From the NCBI GenBank assembly GCA_963765895.1, contig CAVXZB010000023.1, positions 160,001-224,000 on the forward strand: a DNA stretch of 64,000 bases, read 5' to 3'. How positions within the stretch are numbered: the stretch's first letter is position 1; each line of letters starts with the position of its first letter. The translations under genes were made by a program, and so were the position numbers. The stretch comes from an uncultured Nitrososphaeraceae archaeon (GTDB taxonomy: Archaea > Thermoproteota > Nitrososphaeria > Nitrososphaerales > Nitrososphaeraceae). Below, piece after piece: positions 10,862 to 21,975 of the stretch. The notes under the pieces were generated by a model that was not told the origin of the DNA, made no database searches, and saw only the letters and a list, made by a program, of their open reading frames with translations.

Positions 10862-12676
10862 CTATGGTCTTTCTGAAGGCATTGATAACGGTGCAGCCTT
10901 ATCAACATCTCTTTTTTTTCCTGCCATAATCGCAAAGGCAATAGAAAAAACTGACAATATCGCGGTAGTGAGAAAGATCGAGTTGTATGCTCCGCTTGAA
11001 GGAAATGTTACCGAATTGGTAGCTCCATTTATTTTCAGTATTTGTTGTTGCGATTGCATAAGCATTCCGGCAATTGCAGGGCCAAGCGCGCTACCTATAA
11101 TCCTAATTAGGCTAGTCATTCCAGTAGAAATACCCAAAGATTGTGCGGGAGTTGCCAATATTATAATGTTCATTACCCCCACCGCAGCAAATGATAATCC
11201 TACACTTATAACTGCCAGACCTATCGATACAAATAATTGAGTTGAATGCAACGCATAAATAGCGAAGAATCCAATCGTAGTAATAATAGTTCCCGCAATC
11301 ATGGGTGTTCTTGATCCCATCTTAGATACTATGAAACCAGAGGTAGGGCCAGATATAAGTAATATGATTGAATAAGGGATCTGAATCTTTGTAGCTTCGA
11401 TCACACTATCACCAAATCCTAGAGGATTGGGAGATCTAGCAAGAATTGGTATAGTTTGCATCACCATAAACATTGTCATTCCAATCACTAGCATAACCAA
11501 GTTCCCTGGTAGGATTACTTTGTTCGCCATAAGTTTAAGATCCAACAGTGGTGACTGTGCCCGTCTTTCTACTAAAATAAATCCTATAAATGAGGATATT
11601 CCTAGTATTGCAAAAGAGATAGTTGTCATAGTAGAATAATTTCTATTATTAACAAAGGACCCTGACGACGAAGCAGTCAAATTTTCTCCAGGTGGTTGTA
11701 AGAACGTAAATACGAGCAAAATAGAAACTATTGCGACTGCAAGTGTGACTGCGCCTTTTATATCTAAATGTTGCCTTTTAATTTTATTGGGATCGATCCC
11801 GATGTTATTGTCATTTTTGACCTGATCTAGGTCATCATCCATATCTTTATTGTATTTTTGTATTTGTTTTTGTCTTGGTCTTTGTCTAGAATCGTTGTTA
11901 TTATTGTTCTCACTAGTCAAATCGTTCTTGCTGCCACTATTGCTATCCTTGTCACCGTAATTGTTACTAGCATAGTCGTCTCTATGATCTTTAACATTAA
12001 CAAATTTCCAAATAATGATCAAAAGGAATATGGAAATTGGTATCACAGAAATGAATGTTGCATGCCAGCCGTAATATTGGATTATGCCGCCACCGACTAC
12101 TAATCCTATTACAGAACCACTAGCGTACATTGATGTAATAATCCCTTGACCTATCGAAATTTTATTACGTGGAAATTGAGATCTGATCATAGTATATGCA
12201 ACAGGAAACATCCCCATTCCTACTCCTTGAAAAGATCTAGCAATTAACATGGTGTAGAAGGTGCTTGAAGATGCGGCGACAGTAACGCCTATTGCATAAA
12301 TAACCATTATCATCAACAAAATTTTCTTCCTGCCATATATGTCTGATAATTTCCCAGCAATAGGAGTCATAACCGCCCCAGCCACTAAGTAGATAGTCAT
12401 TAGCCAAGATGAGGCATTATATGAAACATGAAAGTCTCGGATGAGATCAGGAATTGCGGGTATTAGCATAGTTTCAGCATAAGTCACCATCGTTGCAATT
12501 AAACTGAGAATTGCTACTACTTTCCAGGCAGCGGGGGAAATTTTTTCCGATTTTCCTGTATGCTCCGATACCGCAATGGATCTGTGTGATGGTAAGTAAC
12601 TATTTCTGATATTAGTTAAGTCTGGATGCCGACCATTTTTATCGTTATTTATATTATTAATTTTAGCATTCTTCAT
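10862..12676 (-). CDS. MFS transporter, DHA2/EmrB-like, with long Asn/Asp-rich loop
   Basis: GKLSDIYGRKK motif A, ARSFQGVG, many TM segments. Confidence 0.9.
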   Translation of the reverse strand: MKNAKINNINNDKNGRHPDLTNIRNSYLPSHRSIAVSEHTGKSEKISPAAWKVVAILSLIATMVTYAETMLIPAIPDLIRDFHVSYNASSWLMTIYLVAGAVMTPIAGKLSDIYGRKKILLMIMVIYAIGVTVAASSSTFYTMLIARSFQGVGMGMFPVAYTMIRSQFPRNKISIGQGIITSMYASGSVIGLVVGGGIIQYYGWHATFISVIPISIFLLIIIWKFVNVKDHRDDYASNNYGDKDSNSGSKNDLTSENNNNNDSRQRPRQKQIQKYNKDMDDDLDQVKNDNNIGIDPNKIKRQHLDIKGAVTLAVAIVSILLVFTFLQPPGENLTASSSGSFVNNRNYSTMTTISFAILGISSFIGFILVERRAQSPLLDLKLMANKVILPGNLVMLVIGMTMFMVMQTIPILARSPNPLGFGDSVIEATKIQIPYSIILLISGPTSGFIVSKMGSRTPMIAGTIITTIGFFAIYALHSTQLFVSIGLAVISVGLSFAAVGVMNIIILATPAQSLGISTGMTSLIRIIGSALGPAIAGMLMQSQQQILKINGATNSVTFPSSGAYNSIFLTTAILSVFSIAFAIMAGKKRDVDKAAPLSMPSERP

Positions 12677-12695
12677 ATTGATTCACTTGAAGTAT

Positions 12696-13226
12696 CTAGG
12701 TAACTCTGCTCTTTGAATTTAGATTAGCTATTTGAGATTCGACAACGATTTTACGAATCTCGGAGTCTAAGGCATAATGAGTCTCAAGATTCTGATTTAT
12801 TCTCTCCAAAACTAGTTGTGTTATTTCCAGCTGATCCCTATTAATTCCTTCAGTCAAATACCTTCTAAATAGATGTGCACACGAGTGCATCTGCCCTAGT
12901 AATGCTTCGGCCCTTTTCGTAAGATATAATCTGTTGATTCGTCTATCAGTATGATCTGGCCTCCTTAAGACTAATTTCTTTGACTCTAGTCTATCAATTA
13001 AAGGTATAAGAGAGGAAGTATCTAAACCCAATTTATCAGAAATTTCTCTCTGACTAATTCCAGTTTGTGTTGCTAGGGCATTTATGGCTCTCCATTGTGC
13101 CATAGTTATGCCAACTTTATTACGTAATTCTAAATCAAATGCATGTTGAATCGTCTTTGAAACTTGAATAATCTTATGTCCTATATGATTTTCGCTATTA
13201 AGCTCAGCCAGATCATTAAGTATCAT
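12696..13226 (-). CDS. MarR-family transcriptional regulator
   Basis: ITMAQWRAI...ISQREIS...IDRLESKKLVLRRPDHTDRR; directly upstream of the MFS gene. Confidence 0.88.
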   Translation of the reverse strand: MILNDLAELNSENHIGHKIIQVSKTIQHAFDLELRNKVGITMAQWRAINALATQTGISQREISDKLGLDTSSLIPLIDRLESKKLVLRRPDHTDRRINRLYLTKRAEALLGQMHSCAHLFRRYLTEGINRDQLEITQLVLERINQNLETHYALDSEIRKIVVESQIANLNSKSRVT

Positions 13227-14608
13227 TTGATATCCAATTAGTTGATATGCTATTATATTATATAAGTCTTATTTGAATGCATCGTTTGACTGTTATTGAT
13301 AAATGAAAGAAAGGCATAGAAGCTTTTTTAATATCACTTCAGAACAATATAAATTTGCATCTTTATAGTTAAATAACCTTAATAACATTAACATTCTTTG
13401 GACAGAGTGAAGAATTCAAAAATATATAATAGAATAAGTATAGAATCTGCAATTACAGACGATGGGTATAAAAAGATTGTCGCACTAATTCGAAAATAGA
13501 ATTAAAAGATGAAAAATGTGCCAAACAATTGATTGCTCTGACGGAATTTCTATTGATGCATACCTCTCAACCAAGATGTAAGTTATCACTATATCTACGA
13601 CAAATAAGGAAGATTAAATTGCATGTTACTACAGATAGAAAGAATAAGATCCGAAATAGTGATACCAATAGTAATAACAATGGTACTGTTGATGAGCCTA
13701 AAGTGCTATATGGCTGCTTCGTTGAGTTGGTAAATACTCTCGGAAAGATAAAATGTGCCGAGAAAACAGTTGAAAAGGCCAGATTCTAAACAGCTATTGA
13801 TTGTTCCTAGTCATAACACAAATAATTTATAATGATAATAGCCTCGATTGAGTAACTACCGACAAAAGGGCTTCTCAACATAGGCTTCCTTTTTCATATA
13901 CTAATACCTTTCGTCTGTTGTAATGTGTTGTATGCAAAGGGTAGCTCGATGAATTTATCACCCTTTGAAATACTGGCACATATATTGAAGTCTCATATAT
14001 AGGCACTAGAGAAAAGGATAAAGACATCATCTTTCAGTAACCACATTTTCAGGCTGGGTGATTGGCAGACTAGCATTCATATCAATATATTCTTTTTTTT
14101 GGGCTTCTAATCTGTTCAGCTTATGAATGAGTAAGAGGTTATCAGGTGAAAATCCCAATACCTACATTCGAGTGCATAAAATCTTATGTTGTCAAATCGC
14201 CTAAAGATGTGTTAGGAGAAGACGATTTGTTAGTAGGTGTTACAGTATTCTCCAATATTCCTGAATCATACCTAGAAGCAGACAGAAAAACAACAATGAA
14301 ATTCTTATCACAGTATTATTTTCCAGTTCGATGAATATTGTACCTTTATACCATAGACTGGATCTTGCTAAGTCTGGTACGCTACTAAAGCAGGAAACGA
14401 TTACTGCCGCTTAGAATACATTAAATTATCTGATCAGCAATTTTTTGCGAATGATACCGGTCTTAAAAATGGCATAAAATATGTAAATGATATTGCTAGT
14501 AAATGTAGTCTACAGATCGTACTGAAATGGATAACAACATATCGACTACAATTTCTGCACGCCTATAATGCTATTATTTGATTATTTCTATTCTAAAGGA
14601 ATAGATAA

Positions 14609-14773
14609 TTAATCCTTCCAAAATAACGGCTTAATATATTCTGCCATTGACGTAATATGTTTCTGATGATTAGTTACGGAATTCGAATTTAGTTCACATC
14701 TAAATTCAACTTGTTTACATAAATACCAATGATTACACTCATCACAATAGTGGACATGATCGGATTCATTCAT
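14609..14773 (-). CDS. Small Cys/His-rich putative metal-binding protein (54 aa)
   Basis: MNESDHVHYCDECNHWYLCKQVEFRCELNSNSVTNHQKHITSMAEYIKPLFWKD*. Confidence 0.45.
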   Translation of the reverse strand: MNESDHVHYCDECNHWYLCKQVEFRCELNSNSVTNHQKHITSMAEYIKPLFWKD

Positions 14774-15479
14774 ATCCAGTCATTGCCAACAAGATTTCTA
14801 GAACTTTTAATTACACAATGGAGATATCCATGCTCAAATTGTATAGCGTCAAAGACTCCAAATGAGATTCTAAATATATAGATCAAATTAATAATTCAGA
14901 CTACAACAATGATTCCTATATTTATAATATTGCTTAACTATGTTAATCAGCATTAGAGAGATTTCATTATTGAGAACCTGTCTTAGACAGACAAAATATT
15001 GTAGTCTTGTTGGGACGCCATCAGCCGCAAAAATAAACGATTGTAGTTTGTTGGATAATAACATACAATTTTATTATAGTAAGCTTATTGAGTTTATAAG
15101 TTTATAAGTTATATAGTGAACATAATTAGCCTTAGTGGCAATACATGAGATAAGAGACGTTTGACATCGTAGCGCCTGGTAAAAACATATCCAAATATCC
15201 ACGCTACCATATAGTTTTGCTAACTATGAATAGTCGAGAATATTGAAAATCATAGCGGATATGTGGATGTTTGTCAAACGGCCTGCTTGTATATAGCCCC
15301 AGTAGTTACTATTAACTCATAAAAAACTTGATTTATAGTATGACGAATTCCATGATTAAACATAGGTCGGTAATCAGTACATCGTATGTTGCAGATCCAG
15401 AAGTTTTCTGTGAACAAATGCCGGCAAATATAATTCGTTGTCATAATTGAAGCAGAATAACTGATGGATTTTCTCTTAG

Positions 15480-15690
15480 ACATCTGTTCTTATTGGAAGT
15501 GGGATTTTTATTTCCTGTGGCAAGTGCAAACTGCTCATTCCTCCTGTCTGGCGGTTGACTATGAAGTTCTGGATGTATGTAATAGCCTCGCTCATTATCT
15601 GATATATCTTTTTCAACTCCAATCCTGTGAGCATTTGCCCAAGGATCCTTATGAATATCGGTAACCTGCCAGGAGACTTTAATACAGAAG
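15480..15690 (-). pseudogene. Remnant of the C-terminal domain found on large fibrous surface proteins
   Basis: KVSWQVTDIHKDPWANAHRIGVEKD...GYYIHPELH resembles the VSWQVTG.R.D.WANAHRI.VE...G.YLHPEL motif; no start or upstream body. Confidence 0.55.
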
Positions 15691-16129
15691 TTAAAGTTTA
15701 CTCTCCACTTGACTCTATTAGTCTAATAGATTTATTATACTGTAGTAACGTGTCAGGATTTGATACATGGGAACGAATGTATATTGTCTTTTTTGCAATG
15801 CTATGGCGACGCTCAAGCCAACCAAGACAGGTCTATAATGCAAGATGCAATAATGTAGTGCACTTGTATTCGCGAATGGAATGACATCACAGCAAAGAAT
15901 TCAGAGTTCCGAAATTTCGGAGTTACACCTCTACGTGACATATGAGGTAAAACAGAAAACGTACGGTAGTCTTGTCTTTTTTATAAGTAATATCGATCTG
16001 ATATTATAATCATGTTGTCTCACATATACTGATTTTGTATTGTATGGTTGTCGGATCTGAATCGTATCTCTTATAGAGAACTTAATGAGATAAAGTTTCC
16101 AATTTAAATACATGATACGCACTTTGGAG

Positions 16130-16700
16130 GGCTTTGGCATTAACCGTTCTGCTCGCCGTGAACGACTTCCGAATCTTTGTAAACTCTAAAGAATGGCCGA
16201 GTTCATGCGGGTGATAGATAAGTCCGCTAGGAATATTCCGGGAGAGCACGTGATAGGGATAGCCCCTTCGTGAACGAGTACAAGGAAGGGAAAATCAGAC
16301 GCGGCGATAAGATTCTTGGGGGTGCTTTGCATTGGGGCCATGTAAAGTGGAGCACGTATTCGTCTAGGCACGCCGAAGGATGCCAGCCTTTCCGGCGGGC
16401 AATGTCGACGTGGACATCGAGATGTTCGGGAGTTCGGGGTTCTCGATGCTCATAATGCACAACGACGTGGAATGCGAGTTCGCGTATACGAAGGTAGTCG
16501 AAGATCAGTAGTGTCAGCACGAGAGAAGGGATGGACGCTAGTCAGTATGAGGAAACGATTGAAACACTGTGTTCTCAATGACCCCGGTACAGACTGGCTT
16601 CGCATCTCCTGCCATCGACATCTTCAATTCTCTCGGATGCCAATACAGCCCTTGATGCCCGCAGAAGGATTATCTAACTGCCGGATCTCAAGCCTTCCCT
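16130..16700 (+). pseudogene. GC-richer degraded coding fragment of unknown family
   Basis: Visibly higher G+C than flanks; broken frames (MAEFMRVIDK..., PFVNEYKEGKIRRGDKIL..., FPAGNVDVDIEMFGSSGFSMLIMHND). Confidence 0.35.
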
Positions 16701-16861
16701 TATACAATGAGGTTATTTATGATTCCACTTCAACTAAAAGGTCTTTTTACGGTAACAAAACCTTCTATTAAGGCAAGGAACGACACGGAAAAAGGTAAAA
16801 TAAGCAGTCCGTCATCAAAAACAATGAGATTATTACAAGCCAATGGGACAATTGTCAAAGA

Positions 16862-17170
16862 ATGCCCTTAAGTACGTAAGTAATTGCAGATCTTCAATGC
16901 TACTCGCGCATGGACCGGAGTTCCTGTTATGTAGGAGATAAGGTATATCCAGAAAGACTTACTACAAGCGGAATAACAGATACAAACAGAAAGGAATTGA
17001 AGGTTTATCAGATACCTCAAGAAGACCCTGTAATATCATCTACAAGAAGATAACACCAGAACTAAAAGAGATATCCTTGATCTACGATTAACCAAAAGAT
17101 TTGGATGTAATAGGATCAGGTTCAGATTAAGAAAGATTGTTGGAATCTCGCTAAATACCAGAACCAGACT
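16862..17170 (+). mobile_element. IS481-family transposase N-terminal remnant
   Basis: CRR*GISRKTYYKRNNRYKQKGIEGLSDTSRRP...ILDLRLTKRFGCNRIRFRL; internal stop and frameshifts. Confidence 0.7.
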
Positions 17171-17189
17171 GAGAATACCCATCATTAAG

Positions 17190-17450
17190 GATCTTCATTG
17201 ATGATGCCTTATCAGAATTTTTTTTATGATCTGGGAATTTTCTTCAGTTATCAGGCAAATAAATTTTATTGATGCATTCTTGTTGGAAGCTCTTAAATAA
17301 TCCACAGTTCCCAGTTTACCAGATCTTACCAAAGCCATACTATTAGGAAAGAGCAATAGGCCTTCGTTTTCTATCGATCGTGCAAGGTCAACATAAACAT
17401 CCCTTGCTTTTTTAGCATCTTGAATAACTTCAAGAAACTCCGATTCAATA
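17190..17450 (-). pseudogene. Fragment of a thaumarchaeal histidine-kinase sensor region
   Basis: EFLEVIQDAKKARDVYVDLARSIENEGLLLFPNSMALVR...IKFICLITEENSQII, similar to the N-region of the kinase at 23889. Confidence 0.55.
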
Positions 17451-17522
17451 CATTTCTGGATTTCTGTTCATGCTCTGCAAACAAGTGGCCTTCACCACCT
17501 ATGTTTCAGATTCCGGTATCTG

Positions 17523-17675
17523 TTAAGTTCGTACTAATACCATTTTTACTTGCTTGTACATGCATGGCTTTATGGATTTGTCGTGTATCTTGCAGGCCGT
17601 AAAGTGCCACGCTGCTTCAAGTGCAAGGAAAACGGTTACAAAGCCGAGACTGAAGTATGCTATATTTTCTAACAT
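17523..17675 (-). CDS. Small single-TM membrane protein (50 aa)
   Basis: MLENIAYFSLGFVTVFLALEAAWHFTACKIHDKSIKPCMYKQVKMVLVRT; TTATAT box upstream of ATG 17675. Confidence 0.6.
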   Translation of the reverse strand: MLENIAYFSLGFVTVFLALEAAWHFTACKIHDKSIKPCMYKQVKMVLVRT

Positions 17676-18393
17676 CTCTAGTTTAAGAGGCTTAAAGAAT
17701 ATAAGGCTATTGGACATAATATTTAACAATTGATAAGTATTATATTTGCATTAGTCCAATATTCTAAATTATTAATACACAAACGTTCTGTACACCATAC
17801 ATATGTAAGCACTATTACATGATTCTACTAACGGAGAGCTGAGTAATTCTATCACGAGTGAACTTTTCTGTAATTACTGAGAAGTTGGTTTCATATTACT
17901 CGAAATTAGTTCCTTATTTAGGATCGACTATGATTCTATAAGTTTCAGGTGGCAATATAACACGTAATATAGCTTAACTTTTGGATCAGGGTCTTTATTA
18001 ATTATCAATTAAACCATCTTGATATTGGCTTGATTCGATTAACTTTAACAGACGCGACTTTATTAGGTATGATTATTTAGAATAATTAACATTTGTTAGT
18101 CCCAAGTCTTAATTACTGTTTAAACGTAACATATTTTTAACATGGACTTTATATTTATCTTTTTATATGAGATTATTAATGTATCAAAATTTAAGTCTGC
18201 GTGTTTATACTCCAGAATCATATCGATTCATTATCAGTAATTTTGTACTCAGGCCAGTTTGGCGCTATATGATAAGGAGTATTTATAATGATACCTCAAT
18301 AGCATATCATATAAGCATACTAAAAAGAAAATTGCTAGGTGAGAACAGTAACTGTAGTAACCTAAAACAGAATAAAGAGGTAGCGGTTGTTAG

Positions 18394-19335
18394 GTGAACT
18401 ATATGCAATCTATTCACGCTAAGAACAAGAGCAGAAACGAATTGCTAGTAACGTTAAAAGGGCTAAAATATGGTGCGTTCGCTGGTTTAATTGCAACTTT
18501 ACTCATATCATTGGCCGTTGCGATAGCTGAAATAGCATCTGGTTTGCGTATGGGTACATTTTATTCAATTATTGGCATCACCTTGGGTTTGAACAATGTT
18601 GTAAATGCTGGATATTTAGGATTTGGTCTTCATTTAGTAATTGGCACACTGATAGGAACTGTACTCTGGGGGATCGGAATCAGATGGAGGAAAATACGCC
18701 TTCTTATTCCAGTAAAAAGTTCATTGCTCGGAATAGCAGCAGGCATTATTGTATGGTTAATATTATTTCTCCCAATAACATCCCTTTTAATACAGCCTTC
18801 CATTCAGCGCATAGTTGTAATTTTAGCAATTGCATGGCAAAAGACCATATTGGCTGACCAGCTGAGCCATTCAATAATAAACATTGCGCTTATGGCTATA
18901 GTATTCCACCTTGTATGGGGCGCAATATATGGTTATGCAATGAGCTCGTTACTAAGAATTAGAGTGTATAAAATAAGACAACATTACAAAGATATTATGA
19001 ATATCGACCCGAGGATACGGTTAGTAACGATATGCGATGCAAATGGCAGTATAATTTTTTATCGTCATCGTGAAGGTGTACAGAATTTACTGAGCAAAGA
19101 AGAAAGTAAAAAATCTCTCGAAATGGCTATGGTCGCTTGGAAAGTACGGGATGGATTTTCAGACAAGATCGGTAGGGGAATGTATGTATTGGCCGAATAT
19201 GAAAAAGTTAAACGTATTACTATGCCTTTTGGTGAGGATCTTCTACTCTATTTAACTGCTGAGGTCGGTGCTGATCACTCAATTATCTATAATAGAATCC
19301 GTAGTTTAGAGGCTGGTTTAAAATATTGGAATTGA
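18394..19335 (+). CDS. Multi-TM membrane domain fused to a Roadblock/DUF6659-like domain
   Basis: N-half TM helices with His (GLHL, FHLVWG); C-half IDPRIRLVTICDANG...IGRGMYVLAEYEKVKRITMP. Confidence 0.7.
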   Translation: MNYMQSIHAKNKSRNELLVTLKGLKYGAFAGLIATLLISLAVAIAEIASGLRMGTFYSIIGITLGLNNVVNAGYLGFGLHLVIGTLIGTVLWGIGIRWRKIRLLIPVKSSLLGIAAGIIVWLILFLPITSLLIQPSIQRIVVILAIAWQKTILADQLSHSIINIALMAIVFHLVWGAIYGYAMSSLLRIRVYKIRQHYKDIMNIDPRIRLVTICDANGSIIFYRHREGVQNLLSKEESKKSLEMAMVAWKVRDGFSDKIGRGMYVLAEYEKVKRITMPFGEDLLLYLTAEVGADHSIIYNRIRSLEAGLKYWN

Positions 19336-19960
19336 ATATGCTGACAATAATACTTTACTGTTTCTCTTTATGATACGGACTTTATAATTAATAGCTTTCA
19401 TGAATTAGATCTGAGAGATGACATCCGGACTATCTGTAGAAAAATCTAGGATTTTGAGTCTAAATGGATCAGCTCACCAGCTCTGATCCGGGTTTGAATT
19501 TGAATTGTACTGTGATGGTAGGGATTGAAAGGCGAATGAGTTTTCCTCCATTAGTCGTCGAATGTTTGTTTGGATTGGCCTGTTGTTGCTAGTATTAGTA
19601 TTACTATCTCTTAATTTCAGGTTAAACTATCATTAATAGGGTTCGGAAGCAATTTAGTTGTTCAGTAACTGAGGATTTCATCCTTCCTTAATTGCTATAT
19701 ATTAATTCAATGCTAATTATCTGCTACTTTTCGACCCTGTAGAAACCATGCTAATCTTGGGTCTGTTTCTTGTTATCTGATCGATGAGCCACCAGATGGT
19801 CTGATAATTATGCTATCCAGTATGTTTACTGAGATGTCTGTGATTGATTTGTTTTCCATAATTTTAGCCTGTATATCCATATCCCTCCTTTCTTAATTCT
19901 TATAGTTTTGTACCTTTTTCCGAATTCTAAATATGCAATAAATAAATAGATTACAAGTTA

Positions 19961-20107
19961 GATACTGGTGAGGGTTGGCTGGAATTATCAGTCCTTCTGA
20001 TACAATTGTCTAGTACCGATTTATTCCAGAAGTGATGACCTTAAAGGAGAATAGGCCTACAGGCCAACCTTCATCGCATCATGTCAGTGAAAATATCGAA
20101 CTGACAG
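19961..20107 (+). ncRNA. Candidate multibranch sRNA
   Basis: 14-bp closing stem 19967-80/20062-75 with 3 G-U pairs, inner stems, GTGATGA and CTGA boxes, AT-rich TATA-like tract upstream. Confidence 0.4.
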
Positions 20108-20483
20108 TTTAAAACGAGGGGGATTACAATTATACACTCACCCGTTAACTATACTGTATAATTTGATATATTAAACTAAATCATAGAAGATAAATTCTGA
20201 GTCATTTATTCATCATCCACTACCATAAATATGAATATTAATGGATAAGTTCATACTTCGATAAAGACCATTCAACTTGAACTCAATTATCAACTTAATA
20301 TACACACTGATTTAACAAGCCTTGAATGCCCTATTCTGGATTCTATAACGAAGGCTATATCTGTCACTGGTCGTTTTTACAGTTACATATTTCGTGAGTC
20401 GTCAAAATGTGCACAATACTTCTAACTTAGCGTTCACATATATTCTCAATTGATATCTATATTAAACTTCACTGTATAAGGTC

Positions 20484-20657
20484 GACCTGTGAAAACAATA
20501 AGTAGACTGTAATCGCTGCAGTAGATATACAGGATGAGCAATCTCAGGGCTACGTAAGATGAGTTGATGGTGTAGCCCCAAAGCGATTTACAAGAACGAA
20601 GCAGGTTTGCAAACAGCTTCTGGGGGTTCCAACCAACATTCATCATTGCCGGCTGTT
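20484..20657 (+). ncRNA. Candidate nested structured RNA
   Basis: GACCTG/CAGGTT, TGTAATCGCT/AGCGATTTACA and GGGCTAC/GTAGCCC nested; then AACAGC/GCTGTT. Confidence 0.35.
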
Positions 20658-21108
20658 ATTTAAAAAACCAGGAACACCTATTGAGGAGGGAGAGGGCTGG
20701 ATACATAAGCAAGAAATGTTTTGTTCTCTTAGCAGAAGTGAACAGATAACATCTTGAGATAAGAAATATAATGCAGATATGTACGTGAATAGAAAATTAG
20801 CCAATTTAGCCCTATAGATCAAGATATATTGGATGGAACAAATATTGAAAATTCGTGGTTACGCTCTGCTCGCGTAATTCAAGAGATTTAGCGGAAACAT
20901 GCAGCTTGCTAGATGGGGAGGTATATGCAGAAGAGTGGGAATTGCCTTAAACTACTTCAAAAACGAAACAGCAGTGTGCTGTGCAAAATTGGGAAGGAAA
21001 ACACTATCACGGTGGTCAAGATCTCAATCCTTTGAGCCATTTGGTGATCTGTCTCTTGGGAGATCTAAGCTACCTAACTATAACTGTTAACTTTGGATGC
21101 CGCGAGAC

Positions 21109-21975
21109 CTACTTCGAAAAGTTTTTCATAATCATTTTTCGAAACTCTTTATCAGGCATGTTTTCCCTTGCATGTATTAAATTAGCGGCATCATCTCCTA
21201 CGGAATATCTTAGTTGCGGATTTTCTGATGTTACAGCTTGTAGTATAACTTTAGCCACCTCTTCCGGAGAAGATGATGATTCATTTTCCATCATTGACTT
21301 AAAGTTGTCATTTAGGTTTTGACTGAGCGAAAAATATGGGGATTTTGGGTCTAAAGCTTTTTTTGCAGAACTGCTGGAATTCAATATGTTAGTTCTGATG
21401 ACACCGGGTTCAATTATAACTACTCTAATTCCGAATGGCTCAAGTTCAAATGCGATAGATTCGCTTAAGCCTTCCAATGCAAACTTCGTACTGTGATATG
21501 CAGATAAAGCTGGAAGACCTATCCGCCCTCCAACTGAACTCACATTTACAATTGTGCCTGAATTCTGCCTCCTCATGAGAGGTAGAACTTGTTGTGTTAC
21601 ACGTACTACACCAAAAAAGTTCGTTTCAAATTGTGCTTTTATTTCCTCTATTGATGTATCCTCAACCGATCCAAAAAGTCCATATCCCGCATTGTTTATT
21701 AGCACATCGATTCTCTGATCTGCTTTTATTATCTTGACTATTGCATCTTTGACAGATCCGTCATTGTTGACATCAAGTTGAACAACTTGTAATGGTAATT
21801 TTTCTTTTTTGGCAATTTCTGTTATATTTTTTGATTTCTCCAAGTTACGCATAGAAGCGTACGTATTAAATCCGGCCCTTGCTAGCATGAGTGAGGTTTC
21901 AAATCCTATACCGCTTGAACTACCCGTTACAAGAGCGACTTTTTCACCTTGCATATCCAGACTAACATAAAGCAT
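21109..21975 (-). CDS. Short-chain dehydrogenase/reductase
   Basis: TGSSSGIG, NNAG, YHSTK. Confidence 0.92.
   Translation of the reverse strand: MLYVSLDMQGEKVALVTGSSSGIGFETSLMLARAGFNTYASMRNLEKSKNITEIAKKEKLPLQVVQLDVNNDGSVKDAIVKIIKADQRIDVLINNAGYGLFGSVEDTSIEEIKAQFETNFFGVVRVTQQVLPLMRRQNSGTIVNVSSVGGRIGLPALSAYHSTKFALEGLSESIAFELEPFGIRVVIIEPGVIRTNILNSSSSAKKALDPKSPYFSLSQNLNDNFKSMMENESSSSPEEVAKVILQAVTSENPQLRYSVGDDAANLIHARENMPDKEFRKMIMKNFSK

Noticed and set aside
13507-13810. Imperfect repeat of AAGAT..AAATGTGCC and ORF 13529-13789
   Set aside because: Short, AT-rich and two copies only; ORF unrecognisable
20560-20600. Fluoride riboswitch-like GATGGTGT stretch
   Set aside because: Downstream GCTGATGAC element and cognate gene are absent
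20690-21090. Possible second IS5 remnant
   Set aside because: Only faint word-level similarity and no TIRs found
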